Made by a program: the position numbers and the translations under genes | Notes under the pieces: model-generated | Told to the model about the DNA's origin: nothing | Seen by the model: only the letters and a program-made list of their open reading frames with translations | The model's database searches: none | Shown: positions 62,107 through 64,000 of the stretch, in pieces | Layout of the letters: every line of letters starts with the position of its first letter | Numbering within the stretch: the stretch's first letter is position 1 | Assembly (NCBI RefSeq): GCF_006345805.1 | Contig: NC_043020.1 | Coordinates: forward strand, 28,644,001 to 28,708,000 | Length of the DNA stretch: 64,000 nt | From: Octopus sinensis | Lineage: Eukaryota | Reading direction: 5' to 3'

Positions 62107-63217
62107 AATAATAAAAACTATAATCTATTTGAATATAAATCATATACTGCATCCTCCCATATAAGTTTTCATACCTATAAAAATTCACATTAGTAAATTC
62201 AATAGCAAAATATGAAGAAACAACCTTAGAAATCTTTGGAAATTAAAGGATGAAGTTACATTCATCCATTAAAAAGTATATATAATATATAAAGTTCATC
62301 ATTCATCATCATCATCGTTTAACATCCGTTTTCCATGCTAGCATGGGTTGGACGGTTCGACGGGGGTCTGGGAAGCCAGGAGGCTGCGCCAGGCTCCAGT
62401 CTGATCTGGCAGTGTTTCTACAGCTGGATGCCCTTCCTATATATATGTATATATATATATATATATTACCATCATCATCATTTACTACTGTGCACCTTCC
62501 CATGCTTGAATGGGTCAAATGGAATTTGTTGAGACAGACTTTCAAAGGCTGGATGCCCTTCCTGTTGCCAATCCTTATCAGCTTCTAAGCAAGATAATAT
62601 TTCCCCATAGCTAGACACATTTTCCACAGATGATTGGAAGTAAACAACCCCGCTTGTCTGACAGTGATGTTTGTTTACAACCATGATGTGATATCTAGAG
62701 CTTCTTTCAGTTTCCATCCACCCACTAAGTGGTTTGGCAAAAGAGACTGATAGGATAAGTATCAGACTTAAACAATAACCATCTGGGTTTAATTTGTTTG
62801 ACTAAGCCATTGAAGGTGATGACTCACAGGGCCGCCATCCAATGATTGAGGCAAGTAAAAGATAAAAGAATTTCAATCAGTTTCGATGACAAGAATTTGC
62901 TTGTTTAATCAACTGGGTTTTGTTTTTTTTGTGTTTTTGTTTTTAATTAGCATGTAAATGGTAGAGTATTCCACAGACTCTTGTACCCTTAAATTACAAC
63001 CCACCCAACAAGTTTCCAGTTTTCCCCAACACAACTTCACTGACAAAACTTCAGTGGACCCAAGGCAATGGTAAAAGCAGTAGTGTAGCAAGAGGAGGGA
63101 TCAGTCCACCCAGACGATGCTTTTACAGGGGTTGGCACCTTTGTGTCTGCTGTATAAGCTTGTATAAGTTTGGGGTTCCCAGTGGGGACAGCAAACTCAA
63201 GAGCTGCCACTGGTTAA

Positions 63218-63583
63218 CCCTTTAGCATTTAAACCAGCAATAGATCCGGCCCAAATGTTCTACCTGTTTTATGTTCAAATGAGCCGGATCTGGCCTCTCA
63301 CACCTATCCTACAATGTCATTCTAAAGATATACAGTGAAGATGCCGAAGACCACTCGGTTCAAAGTCTCTCTTGACCAGAAATGGCCTGAACTCTTTGCA
63401 TGAACACCACCCTGTACATAACTCCATGTCCCCCTACATGGCCTTGCTTTTTGCTTTTTGAGCTAAAAAATTAACTTAACTTAACATCATTGAAATCTCA
63501 AAGCTACAAGACTGTGTGATTAATTCCTAAAAGAGGGAATAAATCCGTGTTACATCAGAGGAAGTAATCTGAATGCTGAAGAG
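63218..63583. mobile_element. TTAA-flanked MITE (second family) with an internal CR1 3' fragment
   Basis: TTAA-CCCTTTAGCATT...AATGCTGAAGAG-TTAA; CR1 tail interrupts the body. Confidence 0.75.
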
Positions 63584-64000
63584 TTAAAAGAAACTTGCCT
63601 AAGATGCTACACAGTGGGATTGAAACTGGGATCTTGCGGTTGAGAAGCGAACGTCTTAACCATTCATCCACGGTGCACTCACCCATGCAAATTAACAACA
63701 GATATTATCAGAGAAATTCATTACAGAAAAATGTTTTATTAACTTAAAAAGATGAAATTGAAAATAAGTTAAACAATTGAAACTTTGTCTTTTTGCTTTG
63801 TTTTTTGTTTTTTATTCGTGAGACTATTTCACAACTGAATAACAGATTGTCAACCGGGGGCCAGCAAATGGTGGCGGCCCCCAGTGATAATGCATTGTGG
63901 GATATGAAATCTGTTCTGAGTATCCCTCCAGAACAGCTGTTGATAATAGCAACCAATGAGACAGTTATTTACTGAAGGTAGAGGTGATGAGAGAGAGAGA

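Overview
AT-rich, repeat-dense animal genomic DNA. The SINE families and (CAT)n/(TA)n/(CA)n satellites are typical of an octopus (coleoid cephalopod); that assignment is inferred from recall. I rebuilt two convergent genes by hand from splice sites and reading frame. (1) A + strand SAPS-domain PP6 regulatory subunit (PPP6R3-like): 23 coding exons from 355 to the stop at 36442, about 918 codons, ending ...KNGPV*, with its N-terminus upstream of the window. (2) A - strand POLR2F/RPB6: 5 coding exons, 53720 to 46786, 129 aa, complete. The rest is SINEs, LINE fragments (CR1/L2, RTE), Tc1/mariner-pogo and TTAA-flanked MITEs, a foldback-like element, a 21 x 67 bp minisatellite and microsatellites. 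Most ORFs in the supplied track are spurious. The best leads are: in-frame candidate microexons or cassette exons hidden in PPP6R3 introns (18 nt KPNYSQ, 42 nt, 21 nt); two Penelope-type minimal hammerhead ribozyme motifs, each inside an inverted repeat whose partner arm starts at the GAAA of the core; and a 101 bp inverted duplication bracketing POLR2F exon 2. No database searches were run; homology calls rest on recalled sequences.
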